Part shown: in pieces, positions 1 through 13,561 of the stretch
Layout of the letters: each line of letters starts with the position of its first letter
Position numbering within the stretch: the first letter of the stretch is position 1
Source of the DNA: Hormiphora californensis
Taxonomy: Eukaryota; Animalia; Ctenophora
Reading direction: 5' to 3'
Assembly (NCBI GenBank): GCA_020137815.1
Contig: CM035351.1
Span: 7,750,001-7,814,000, forward strand
Length of the DNA: 64,000 bases
Translations under genes and position numbers: made by a program
Notes under the pieces: model-generated
The model's database searches: none
What the model was told of the DNA's origin: nothing
The model's input: only the letters and a program-made list of their open reading frames with translations

Positions 1-43
1 TCGCTCGGGTTAGAATATTCAATGTCTCGATAGACAAGGGTCC

Positions 44-88
44 CCCACTCTGCCCCTCTCCCACTCTGCCCCTCTCCCACTCTGCCCC
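44..88. repeat. 16-bp tandem repeat (CCCACTCTGCCCCTCT) x~2.8
   Basis: Read directly from the sequence. Confidence 0.9.
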
Positions 89-376
89 ATCAGCGTGTGT
101 CTGGCACGTGCCGATGGAGCGGAAGTGCCATTTTCTTCCTGGAGGTTCTGTTTAGCTCATGTCCATCTCAAACTGCGAGCTCCCTCCTTAGGCCGGGTCC
201 TACCAATGATACCATTACCATGAAACCACAGCCCCATTACCACCCCCTAGCACTTTATGTATCATTTGGTTATGGTATGTTGGTCCACACTAAGTCCCAT
301 TAATTTGTTTTGTGGCCCAAACCCCCAATGTTGGTATACTATACTGTATCCATCAAAGAAGCGAATGCATACAGTG

Positions 377-378
<2 letters not shown>

Positions 379-459
<81 letters not shown>
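379..459. repeat. (GA)n microsatellite; similar GA/CT tracts near 2870, 4081, 13460, 15481, 32103, 37420, 38520 and 50906
   Basis: Dinucleotide runs. They generate the spurious ERER/SLSL ORFs in the track. Confidence 0.97.
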
Positions 460-463
<4 letters not shown>

Positions 464-2689
464 GTGTGTCACATGGCCTGCGACTAATACGACACGTGTT
501 CATCACAATCAAATCAAGTTTGTATCAGAATATCGCAGCACACGCTCCTGTCCCCTCCAGCAATATATATGGGGTACACCCCCTCCTAACCCAGTATAAT
601 TGACAGGGGGTGGCTCTACAAAGTTATGGGCTAATGGAAATGCAAAACCATTCTTCTTTATTAAAAGTGCAAGTGCTATATTCATTACTGGGCAGAGTAC
701 CGTAGTAATGGAATACTACTAATGTACCACTACCGGCCCCTTTCTCCCACTTTAAAATTAAATAGTTCCGCTTTCACGTTTCTTCTCAATTTAAAACCCG
801 ATCCACCCCTTACTCAACAGTTCCTCGAAACGCCTTTTTACCCCTTTGTAATCCAAACCCCCCCAGCTCACTCACACTGTGAGTCATACTGTGAACCGAG
901 TCACAGTCCCAACAATTACCTTTTTTAAGGACACTCATTTTGGAGTGTGCTCCGTCTTGACGGATGTATTTCGTCCTCGTCATAAAACCGATTTTTCAGA
1001 ATCTTCCGACTTTTTTCGTTCCAAACTTTTGGTGGCTCTTCGGTGGGCGGAAACGCCCAAAAAGAAAAATATTTTTGGGAATATTTTTAGGGAAACCTTT
1101 TATCCAGCCGGCAATTTCTTATATTCAATTGTGAAGGGGTAAAACATGCCGGGAAAGCGTGCGGGGTGCTTTACCTGGCGTGTTGTGTGTTTTGGGGACT
1201 GTTATACCATCCTCTGACTCATTTGCAATCTACAGCTCCCTGCTGGCATGGTTCTCATATTGGTACGTGTGCTGGCGGTTATTAAAAGAAAAGGGGTTCG
1301 TTTAAAAAATCCCAAAAAAGTTTCCAACCTCGGTATTGGATAAAGCGAGAAAAGAGAGTTGTGTAGAGGCTGTGGGAGTTGGTTGGGGTTGGGGGGGATT
1401 TATGCCCCAATAGGGTTGATGTTGAGATAACCTGATGGGTAACTGGAAAAGTAACCCCTTTCAAAAAGAGGGAGTAACAATAGCCCATTTGCCATTAGCA
1501 TAGCCCATTAGCTCAGTTAGGCTCTCAGAAAATGCAAACGTTTCCCTGCAAAAAAATAGGCAGCCTGGCGGGGGGCCTTGTGAATTGTGAGTGGCCCATT
1601 TTTTTTGTCAGGCTCAAAAAAACCCGGGGCTTTTCGCGAATGACCATCTTTCTCCCTCTGGGATCGTATACACTCTGCAACTCCCCCTAAGGGTCCCCCT
1701 CCTCCTCCTGTACCCTGTCTGTGGGCGTCCATCGTGTAGGCAGTGTGACCCACCACAGAGTTAGTAGATCCCAACAACAACTTTGTCCCGCATAGCTGAT
1801 CGTGGGAGCCCCTGGCGGAGTTCTGTTGGGGGGTGTGGGGGGGCCCAGCGTTGTTCGCTATCGGCAGATACATACTGGAGCTCTGGAAAAACTAGGGGGG
1901 AACGAGTTGTAATAAAATCCAATCTCGATATGGCTAAGAAGAGAGAGGGGGGAGAAGGATGAGGAATAGACTCTAAAATATCTTTTTTTTCGGAAAGGCC
2001 CCCCCTTTTCTAGAAAGGGCATTTGGCGAGGGTTAGCGGGGAAAAGAAGAACCCCTTGTTAAAAACCCCTTTGGGGGGAGGGGGAAAACGGGGAGAGAGA
2101 GAGGAGAGGGAAAGGAACCGCCCCCTTTCCCCTCTTTTCTCCCCTTTTCCCCCCTTTTCCCCTCCCACCCGGGGGGTTTTTGGTCCTCCCCTCCCCTTCC
2201 TCTTTTTTCCCCTTTTTTTCTCCTTTTCCCCCTCTCCCCCTTACTTCCTCTTCTTCCCTAACCCCTTCCAACCCCTCCTCCCTCCTATCTTCACCTTTTT
2301 TCTTGTCGATGCCCAAATCCGTGCCCCTTTCGATTTGGGGGCCCTTCTCTTTTTCGTGGCTATCCGAAAAGTCTCCTGGGGCCCTTATTAAAAGAGGGAG
2401 GGGCCCCGTGGGAGGAATAAGGTCGGAGAGAAGGGGAAAACCCGAAAGGGGAGTGCAAAAGGGAGGGGGGAGTAGTAAAGCAAAAATTAAACTTGTTTTT
2501 GGTGGGGAAAGTAAAGAAAAGTGGGAAAAAATTGGTCCTTTACCCCCCGTCCCCTTTAATTAAAAGAATTTTGGGGGAAGGGGGAGATAAGTATTAAAAG
2601 AAAAGACCCAAAGAAAAAAGGGGAAAAATAAAAAAAGAGGTCTATAATAAAACTTTTTTTCTTCCCCCCTTTTGGGGGAAAAAAATTTT

Positions 2690-2720
<31 letters not shown>

Positions 2721-2865
2721 AGCACACAAGAGCTGGAGCTAGGAATGGGCACGTGGCGAGGATTAGCGATGGGCAAGAGGATCGCCTTGGAAACCATCTG
2801 CTGGACGCGGGCGAGAAAGACTGCATGGGCAGAGAGAGGGAGAGTGTTGATAATGAGTACACGTG

Positions 2866-2934
<69 letters not shown>

Positions 2935-4077
2935 CCCTCTCTCTCTCACTCCCTCTCTATCTCTCTACCTCTATCTCTCTTAGTCAGATGACTAAATCAC
3001 GTGACCGACTAGCGCAGCTGTAGTGAGAGGAGCTGCTGAAATCTCTCTTTCTAGTGGAACTGATCAACGAAAAAGGATCTGGCGGAGCTTGGTGTCCCAA
3101 TTAATTGAACAGAGAAAGGAGGGAGACAGATAGAGAGAGATAGAGAGAAAGAGAGAGAGAGAGAGAGCCACGGAGAGAGGGAGGGAGAGATAGAAACAGA
3201 GAGAGGGGGAGCTGAGTAGAATGTCTAAACTCTAAACTTTAAACAGATGTTGTTTGAGAATGAGACGCTAAATGAAAAGTGGTAAAAGCATGTAGGTGCA
3301 AACTTTACCCCATTGTCCAGCTCAGTTCAATTTACTAAATGATATATTTCTTCAGAAGACTTGATGGTGATGAAGTCATTGGAAATGAACACGTACAGCT
3401 CTACTTCTATAGAATTCTAGAGAGGTGTTACCCCAAATGAACAAGTACCTCTATGAAAGGTGCTATAATTGAAGTTGATAGATAGTGTCAATGCCATTAA
3501 TAATGGTTGTTCATTAGTGTGTGGCACAGCTGTGCCCAGATCTATTCAATCATGAACTGGTGTGTGTGTGCTGAGCAGCACCTACGTCATCTTCCCTCAC
3601 TCTGGCCCCCCCCCCCCCCCCCGGTATAGTGCGAATTCTAACTTCACAGGCACGGGCAGTTAAAAGGGAACCCAACAAGTGCAGAAAGAGGTTGCATTTT
3701 TTTTTTTTTTTCACGTCTTCATCGTTCCTATATCTGTCACCCCCACCTCATCATGTGAACCCTGTCAGACAATTGCCTGACCCTATTTGCTTCAATCACG
3801 AAGGCAGGTCAGGCGGGCTAAGTCTGACAGCGTCTATATAACATACATGTGAGGTGGAGTTGACGGATATGATCTCTGCAGCCATCCAGTTGAAACCGGT
3901 ATTAACCGTATACTGCGAACACCCAATCTCTGGTGCTCTATGCAATTCTGTTGCCCAATCACTGACAGTAAAGCTTGCAGTATGTAGTCAACTGGACATT
4001 TTGACATAGCATATGACGACAACCTAGATCTAGGTTGCCTCGGTCACGTACCATGATTAAGTAAAAATATAGAGAAA

Positions 4078-4142
<65 letters not shown>

Positions 4143-4343
4143 AGAGCGAGAGAGGGAGAGAATGAGATAGATAGGCACTAGGCAGAGATAGGAGTAAGAT
4201 AAGAAAAGGATAAGATCCCGGCTGGCTCCCATCGGCAGGCTGACAGACTGTCGATGGGGAAGAGATAGATTGTATAATAGGGAAGAGAAGATAGGAGATA
4301 GAGAGAGATAGAGAGAGAGGAGAGATATAGAGAGAGAGAGGAT

Positions 4344-4386
<43 letters not shown>

Positions 4387-5587
4387 GAAGAGAGAGAGAA
4401 GGCGGCGAATAGAGAATGAGCGGGAGAGCGATATAGCTCCGAGCGATCGCTCTATCTCGAGATGACTATAGCCTTATCGTCGATATAACCTAAATAGAAG
4501 GGAGAAGAGACTCATGGTTTAAACTTCTGGAACATTTGAGAGGATCTTGGTCCGTTGCATTTGTTGTATCTAATTATTTGTTTACACTGCACAACATGGG
4601 AGCATGAGCATGAAGTTAGGTATGAAGTCGGACAGACAACTGAGCTGAAGTAAGATCCAAAATTCTTGGTCTAATGAACTATAAACAGCTGTAGAAGTCG
4701 CACAAAAAACCGTAATCCGGGGCCCAGATATGATACTGATTGAGTGGCCGGGAACAACACAACTTGTGTGATCATAGAAACTAAGACTTCTACAGACACT
4801 TCAAGGACAATTTAGGATTAGCGACAAATATTTTCTAGACGGTGTTCTAAAAGATACCCGTCTTCATATACGGTTTTCCCTGAGACGGGCTTGAGATGGA
4901 TTCAGACGGGCTTGAAACGTCTGAATAGAAGCCCTTTTCGATCCCGTCTGCCTCCGTCGTGACGAACTGCTAGAAGTAAACAGAAGGGCTAGAACCAGGT
5001 TGGAGATGTGAGAAATATAGAAGGTGATTGTTCTCTAATTGAAATACACACACCTGTTGTTCCCTTGTATTCTCTGTAAGATCGAATCTAGTGCTACAAT
5101 AGAGACAAGTGTGCACCACTGACGAGAGAGAAGAGACTACCACTCTTTGAGAGTGAACTGGCCTTCTTCTTTTGATGAACGGTTCTTGATGTTACTGATA
5201 CATTGACACAGTAATGTTAATAAACCCGTTACCCGACACTGAAGTTTTAACAGCCCAGGTACTTCACCCCATCCTCCCTCCCTCTCCAACACACATATGA
5301 TACCACTAGTACAGGTGTTAGCCTGACGACTGACACCCACCAGACACCATGACCCATGTCACCACATCAGGAGCAGTAGCACCACTGAGCACTTGCTGCT
5401 GCTTACGATAGTGCCACCTCATACAGGGGGAGGGCGGCGCGCGGCTCGTACTGCGGACGGTGTCTTTCCACTCATCCATGTTTCCGCGCCCTCCGTTACA
5501 CACACAAACTGCCGATCTAACGTAGTTTTTGGGAAGGAAATGCAGTTTTTATACACATGTCATTCACACTCATTTTACACATTGTCT

Positions 5588-7521
5588 TTACAATTCATCA
5601 TGTATCTCATGCTCTTCCTGTACTTTGGTGCAGGCAGCAGGGGTCTTGAAAACATAGGCATACTCGCACTTAGCGGGCTCCTCTGCACCTACAATCTCGT
5701 TCCTAGACCCGCATTTAACCTGGGAAACAGTTCATGTGTTAGGGAGATATTCAATTAGGAGGATGAATTATGTAAACTGTAAAATAGAGCTATACGAGAA
5801 TTATAAAGTAGTGAAAGGACTGCTTACCTCAACTCGTGTAGAACGGTTAGGTCCTTGCCAGCACCCTGCACCTCGTGTGTACAACATAGCACCATAATTC
5901 ACATTTCCCTGTCCATCCTTCTCCCACCCCTCCCACTTTCCAATACTGGTACCGTCCTGTGTGCACTGATCAAATGGACACATCTTGTACTTATATTTCC
6001 CATCGTGCAGTTCATAACACTCTCCTTTCATTGAGAAAAATTCCTCGTCCCGTCCAAAATCTATCCCATTCAACTTTTCAACTTCCTCAACCTGTCTCTC
6101 AGCGTGTTCAAATTGTTTCTTTGCTTCGTTATACAATGTCTCTGCTTCTTCGAACACGTCAATTAGTTTCTGAGTTTCAGCATCGTAACTGATAGTGTTT
6201 CGGATCGGTGCAACGTCTTCAGGTTCATCTTCATCTTCTTCCTCTAATTCATCAAACTCGTCAGGCTCGGGGATGTACTCCTGAATGGATGGCTGATAGG
6301 TAGTGATTAGGAAATAATGCTAGTCCAAAACGGGACTAAGTGTACTAATTTAAAGTAAAAACTAAATGATTGTATACATTGTACAGGGTGGCACATAAAT
6401 TATAAGTAAGGGTGCGATGTATGTACCTTGTTTTTCTGTATTTTCTGTCCATCCTCACCCCACAACTCCTCCTCCTCCTCTTCCTCCTTCACCTCTTCAA
6501 CAACAGGTGGCTTCTTTAGTTCAGGTTTCTTAGCTCTCTTCTTCTTCTTCTTCTCCTCTCTCTGTTCCTCTTTTTGTGCATCCTCCCTCTGCGTTCTAAT
6601 CTTGTTCTGCAGTGATTCTAGGATGTCAGGGATGGATAACTCCTGGATGTTAAGAGTCTCATCTACATCAAGTAGTGACTCCTCTCCTGTACTGTACTGC
6701 TGCACCTGTAATACATTGTGGAGGGGGTTAGTAAGGGGAGATAATTATTACTATAATTGTTTGGGAGACAAATGACTGGTTTACCACATAAATACACAAA
6801 ATAGTGTTTTGAAAATCAAAAATACACGCACCTCTTCCAATGTAGTTTCCCCATCTTTATCTTTATCCATTCCTCTAAATATCATCTCTGCTGCCTTCCT
6901 AATCTGTTCATCCTCTACTTCCTTCCTAGCCGCCTCCTCCGCATCGAACTTAGCCTTGGTAGCTTCTTTAGCTGCCTTAGCAGGTTCCTCAGCATCGTTC
7001 CTCACTTTCTCCCTCTCCTCCATCTCTCCCCTCAACTTATCCCTCTCCCCAGCTAACTTCCCCAGATCCTCATCTCTCCGGGCCTTGGCTGCCTTTCCAT
7101 CCGCAACATAAGCCAACCTCTGCTGGAAACCAATGGCCTGTTCCTTTCTAATCGCCCTAGCTGCCTCAGCCATCTGCGTTCCAAGTTCTATACAAGTATT
7201 CCCGCACTGTCCCTCTCTCTCATCACTACCATCACAGCAATCACAAATACCATCGTCAACCCGGGATGAAGCCATTAGTTGGCCCTTGAATCCCTTGTTG
7301 GTACAGTAGAAGTGTCCATTAGGGCATGCAGCGGTACCAGGCTCGTCACTCCCATCACTGCAGTCACAGTAGTCATCGTTCACATAACTAAGCGGGAAAC
7401 TCTGGGAGCCATCAGCACATTTGAATTGGGGTCCGGTGTAGCTGGCAGCATTGGCAGGGTTAGCACCACGGGGTAGAGATGCACTGGCAAGGGGCACCAG
7501 GAGTAGGAGGAGATGTAACAT
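5588..7521 (-). CDS. PRKCSH: Glucosidase II beta subunit (PRKCSH). Exons 7521-6832, 6705-6427, 6280-5828, 5719-5588; about 517 aa
   Basis: Signal peptide MLHLLLLLVPLASA; N-terminal VNDDYCDCSDGSDEPGTAACPNGHFYC...DGICDCCDGSDE; EF-hand-like DKDKDGE; acidic stretch; MRH domain (YKMCPFDQCTQ, GAGCWQGPNRS, EPAKCEY); C-terminal HDEL. All three introns are GT-AG, phase 0. Confidence 0.96.
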
Positions 7522-7942
7522 ACTCCTATAGAGATAGAGAGGGTTAGAGAATGGGGAGATAAAGTTCATTATGAAGAACAGAGAATGGGGTAGTAATAGA
7601 ACAAATCAGATTTAGGGTTAGGGAATAGGGCCACAAATGATAAATCATACACGCATCTTTGGGGTCTATAAAACAGGGCATATTTGAACACATGTGAAAA
7701 TAGCAAAGTCTCAACACAACACATTCACAACTTATTAGAAGGGGCACCCATGCACATAATATATCACATCAGGGGGAAGGGGGAGAGGCCAATAAATACA
7801 CATCACACACCCTGTTGCTAGATCTGTCAGGTGAACACCTGACAAGCTGCTCTGCATTTTGCGTTTAATAATAAAAATATAAGCATCACATGTTCTGCAC
7901 TCAGCGCCATGTGTTAATAAACTTAATGTTTCAAGTTAAAAG

Positions 7943-9761
7943 TTATTTCTTCTCCTTCCTCTGTGCAGCTATGGATGCTAGGAGGCGGTTCCCAGTTAGG
8001 AAGGTAAATAGAGAGACAATAGCCAGCCACTTCATCGTAGCAAACATATCAATTAAACCCAGGAAGAAATGAACATAAATACCCAGGACAGCGAGGAGAC
8101 CGAGATGGAATCCAAGACCAGAGAGGGAGAAGGAGAAGCCAGAGAGATTAGCACCCAACTTGGCCCAAACACCCAGAACAACTAGAGCGGGTAGGAGAAC
8201 TAGACCAGTGAACAGACTGGAGATGGCCTGGGGAGGTCGCTTCTCAGGCTGTCGGAACACGTGGGTGATCTCTGGTTTAGCGGCCTTCTCAGGAGCTGCC
8301 AGGACCTCCTTAGATTCAGCAAGGTCCAGGGTTAGAGTGGCAATGTTGGTTACAACAGCAGAGGCGAGGGTGGCATCTCCCAGAATCAGATCAACTGAGT
8401 AATCCCCAGCCACACCTCCGAACGATTTGGCAGCAGCTGTCCTAAAGTTGACATCCAGAGAGTATCGTTTGTTGAGGTCCGCCTGGGCAACGAAGTATAC
8501 CGTTTGTTGGGTTTTGGTGTTAGTAAACCTGACAAAAACCTGGTGAAGGGCCACCTTGCCGGCATTATCAGCAATGTTGAAATCCAGAGTTAGTCGACTG
8601 GAGAGGTCAACCTTGGCCACAGCAGCTCCACCAGACAGGTCACTGGTCATCATAGCACGGTTATCATCAACATCAACAATCTTCAGACTAGATCCCTCCA
8701 CGGTAACGGGCAGGACAACCTTAACCTTGAATTTAGCGGGGTCAGGTGCTACAAATCCAGCAGGTACAGATCCGGTAACACCGACACTGTAGACACCCCG
8801 GGCAGGGTTGGGTAGGGGTGAAACAGAGAAGGCACCATTACCTCCCTCCATCGGTCCAGTCTTGAAGAGAGCAGCTCCAGTTGCAGGAACAACAGCACTC
8901 TGAATAGAGGCCTCAGATCCAGTAACCTGCTCTCCGAGAGGGTTTACAAGGACAACTTGGAAGTTAGCACCCTCCCCAGAGATAACAGTTCCCCCGGAGA
9001 CTGAGAGAGAGGTAGGGACTGCGAGGTTGTTGTTGGACAGGGCATCAAGTCCAATCAGGGTGTAGAAGAGACTACTCTGACTTGCTTTATTCTTGTTACT
9101 GGTCATGTAAGCTGTGAATCCCTTTACCATTTCTCCTGAGAGGGCTGCCTTTCCCTGTTTCTGGGAGAGAACTAGAGCTCCCTTTAGGAACATGGCAGTC
9201 TCCATTAGACCATCATCGAATGATCTGGCAGTGCCAATGGTATCTGCTCGATGTGCCACATCTTCAATTGTATCATAAACATCAGCAGGGAACATCCCCG
9301 GGTAGTGCAGCAGCGGCAAGATATGCCAGAGCATGGGCCATAACGGAGTCATCTTTCTTCAGGGCAGCGGAGATCTTTCCCGATAGAGTAGGGTCAACAG
9401 CCAGGTTGAGGTTGGCTAGTGAAGAGATGCCCTTGAATAGTTTACTAATACTGGCACCTTCAGCGGTGATTTCTTGCATTAGCGTGCCCTCGGCACCTTC
9501 CTTAGCGAAATTACACCCCAAGGCGCCGGAAACTTGGCTGGCATAGTAGAGATCATTTAGTGAATCACCGGTGTTGCTTGCAACAAACTCGCACACTCCA
9601 TCTAGAGGTGCAAGTTTCAGGATCTGTCTGGCTACAGTGGTCTGATACGCTGACTTGAGGGAGTCCACGGGGCCGCTGAAGACTGCTCCAAGTCTTTCTC
9701 GGTCTGCGGGTGTCAGAGCAGCCGTAAGGGCAACCAATAAAACTAACACACCCCACCTCAT
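7943..9761 (-). CDS. RPN2: Oligosaccharyltransferase subunit ribophorin II, about 605 aa, no coding introns; one extra base near 9288-9290 splits the ORF
   Basis: Signal peptide MRWGVLVLLVALTAA; HQVFVRF and KPEITHVFRQPEKRPP motifs; three C-terminal TM helices ending GNRLL. ORFs 9282-9761 and 7943-9352 join if one base is removed from a C run. Confidence 0.95.
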
Positions 9762-12700
9762 CCTAAAAGGAGTAATATTGTTAGCTGAAATGCTTCATTT
9801 GTTCGACGCAGAGAGCGAAAACTGAGAATTTTAAAAGTTTTTTAAAAATGTTCAGAAAGTTTTTTGAGCCAAATAAAATGCAAAAACGGGCCGGGTATGC
9901 GCGGCTCAAATGCGTCGCAACTTGTTCTAATCTCGCGCCTTCCTAATTTTACCTTTATCCGCGTCGCGAACTTTATATTACTTGAGAGAATAAAAAATCG
10001 CACTGCATCGCCAAAAATTTTCCCGTTTCGGCCAGATAAAGGTGCAAAATCTTCGACTTGAAAAGCGCTGCCTTATCCCGCGCTGCGCGTGGCGCAGAAC
10101 ATCGGGGGCCAGCAACGTTTGCCAAATCTTCGACTGCAGGTAGTTGAGAGGGCTCATCGTTCTACGATTGCGATTATATAATAGAAAGGCCTTTCTTTTG
10201 TGCCAGTTCCTGATAAGTACTCCTTTCTGCGCTTGTGAAGGTTGTACATCCACCGGTCCGCCGTCGGACGGCGGCCGTCCGCCGATCACCTCACAGGGCA
10301 CACAGGATCCAGGATTCAGGAACAAGGAAAATAGTATACCAGCGTATTGTGGACAAGCCCTCCGTGTCCCGTGAACTAAAAACTCAAGTTTGTAATGTTC
10401 ATTCTTCATTGAGCTCATCGTCCATCGAATTTATCAGCAGATTCTGTTTTGTCGGGGAGTGTGACTGAATCAGTTAGACTGAACAGTTCTTTTGACTTTT
10501 GAGTTACTGGCCATCGAAGAATTTTTCCTTGATAGAAACATCTTGTTCATGATAGAGAAATATTCTTCATGGTGCAAATTGTTTGAAAAATGCTCCAGAG
10601 GTCCTGTAGACAGACTGAAGATTTGTCATTCACCCTTGCATTAGCTTGCATTGAATCGACCCTCTCTTTTTATTATGAAATAAAATAAAATGGGTTTGAA
10701 CAAAAATTATTAGCATATTTAAGTAGCTCCAATTGATTCTAAAATTATTTCTCCGTATGTCTGATGAGTGTCCTCATGTCCATGACACACACGTCTACCA
10801 AACGGTTGCTTTTCTTAGAAATTTGAACCTTGTAAAGTAATACACACCCAATTTTGTAATGGGAGACCCCTGGGTAGCCTGTTAGAATTGCGTTGTAGAA
10901 TCCACATAATGCGTTTCATAGAGACCCTATTTCTTTCTGTTTTTAAGGAGTTAACCCCCTAGTATGGCGATGCAAGTGATGTACCAGCAGCAGCCACAAA
11001 TGAGTAAGTGATTGTAATTACTTAGTAAAGTAGTACTTAGCAACTCTAAAACTTTATTTTCCTTTGACCCCTCCCACTCTCCCTCCAACCCACCCGCCCT
11101 TCTTCCTGCACCCACCTCCAAAACCCCCGCCCCCTGGTTTTGCCACGGTGTGTTTTTGACACAGTTCCGGGTCCAGTTGAAACACAACTGCACATTGTTA
11201 TTGTTGCTCAAGGATGTGCTGCTCTCTCTCTCTCCACTATTTACACAGCACTGCAAAACCCTCTTCTTCCTCCCTCCTTCCCCTATCTCTCCCCATTCAG
11301 CCGCTAACCTTTCATCTGTAAACGCACCATAAATGTTCCTATCGGTAACTTCTTTTATTAGGCTTCCTGGAAATCCTGCCATCTATTATCCTCCGTTTCG
11401 AGTTTCAAGGCATCTATTATCTTAGTTGCCTACTCACTAATAAGTTCTCTTTATTCGCCGAGTTCTCTCTCTCTCTTCTTCATTCGTTTCTTCCTAAATC
11501 CTAATATTATTGGCTCTCCGTGTCCGTGGTGGCGAGTATGTAATACATGCGAGGAGTTGCACAAACTTTTGCATGCAGGTTGAGTGTACGTGTACTCATT
11601 TATTTCTCTCTATTATTCTCTCTTTCTTTCGTTCTCTCTCTTTTGTTCTCGTCTGTCATTTCTGTCAGACTGTCATTTAAGATTTCTACATGGCAAGGAA
11701 GGGACCTAGGACGAGTAACGTCAGAGAATGGCGAAAAAGGGGTCAGACAAAAAGGGAGAGATAGAAAAGAGGAGAGAGATCACGTGACGAAATACACTGA
11801 GCTGCGCTCTAGGAAATGGCTCTTATTGGCTGGTAAATCGACCCTCCTTCTTGTTATCCTATTAGCTAGTGTACTACTGCAGGCCATCTTTCTCTGCAGC
11901 AGTCCGTCTTTCTCTCTACGCCTTTCCTTCTCTCTCCATCTTCCTGTTTCTCTTTTGAATTATCTTTCTCTCTCTCTTCTCTCTCTCTCTCTCCCTCTCA
12001 CTCGTTCGCTTATTTCTCTTTAATCTCCTCTCCCTTTTAATGTCACTTAACTTATTTTACCAATTTCTTTTCATTTTCTCCGGTAATATATTCCATCTCT
12101 ATCTATCTCTATGAAATCAATCACACCACGTGGTTCAGGATATCTCTATCTCTAGTATTTAGATGACGTGTTGAATAGAGACTTGCACGAAGAAGAATAG
12201 TACAATGACATCCCTATTGCATTAACCATACATTGGTATTGATAGAGAGGGGGTCGACACAGAGATGGTAATAAAAGGCGAGCGGGGAGAGATAGGGGAG
12301 AGGAGAAAGGGAGAGAGAGAGAGAGACAGAGAGTGAGAGAGAGAGAAAGATAGAGGGGGGGGGGGTTTGAGTGATAGACAAAGACAGGTTGATAGAGGCC
12401 CCACCGCGGTCAAGCTAAATTTGACAGGAGAAGATAGATGCATTTGTTCTCAAACTCACGCAACTTGTGAGATTTCATACTTCTCAAAACTCATCCTTCT
12501 CTCATGAGAGTCACATGATGCGACAAAGTTAAAATGCACAAGCTCGAACGGTGAGAGAGAGAGAGGGAGAAAGAGAGAGGGGGGAGAGAAGGTAAGAGAG
12601 TTGTTTCTGCTCATACAAACACACACTTGCAGCGCATCCACGTGCAAAGAAACTGACCCCTCTCCCTTCACTACCTCTGTTACCCATAGAGGTGGTGTCT

Positions 12701-13467
12701 CACCTACTTTCCAATATGGTGGTGGGCTAGCCAAGGACTTTCTACAGTTCATGACAATCTACAAACCGAGAGCGAGTGTTGAGGAGATTGAGAACGGACC
12801 CCGGTGACGACAGACAATATGACCGATTGTTCAGTCCTCGGGGTGGCGGCTCTTATTACCCTTTATATTGCATCCCCTGCACGTTTAAATCTTGACACTT
12901 TGGCGAAGGCCAGAGTCACGCTAGCGTTATAATTTTTTCGGCTTCACGTGCTTCCTACACACGTATCCGTGTCGGTCAAAATCAGACTGTCTGTCTGATG
13001 TGATCGTGATCACTGGTCGGCATCCCGTCCTACTCCCCAGGATGCAGGGATCTAGAACCAGCTCAAATCCCTTCCATAGTTCTGCCCCTCTTCCCGATCT
13101 CAAACTGAAATCTTACACTTTTCAAAATCCCTTTATATCTGAAGTGTTGACAATATGGTGGTACTGAGCACATGCGTCTCCTTCGGGTCTTTCATATAAA
13201 TATTATAATAACACGGTGCCGTCAGTAGCGTGCTGCTTAGTGGCCATACCGTAGTCCTACCAAACCAAACCAAACCAGAGAGAGAGAGAGAAATAAAGTG
13301 GTTGAGTTGCACTGCAACCATCATAACGTGATGAAGTGGGAGAGATAGAGACTTGCGAGAGAGGGAGAGATGGAGAAAGGGAAAAACTTAAAGGTGGGAG
13401 CTAGACAAAGATAGAGAGAAAGGGGAGATCTGAGAGGGAGAGAATGAAAGCGAAGGAGAGAGAGAGA

Positions 13468-13561
<94 letters not shown>

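Noticed and set aside
257-603. ORFs with ERER/SLSL runs here and throughout the track
   Set aside because: They are translations of GA/CT microsatellites.
900-1890. Possible minus-strand exons (acceptor near 1885, donor near 1174)
   Set aside because: The sequence is homopolymer-corrupted, and I could not find a consistent frame or recognisable domain.
9978-10600. GC-rich ORFs upstream of RPN2
   Set aside because: No recognisable motif and stops in all frames; more likely promoter or decayed sequence.
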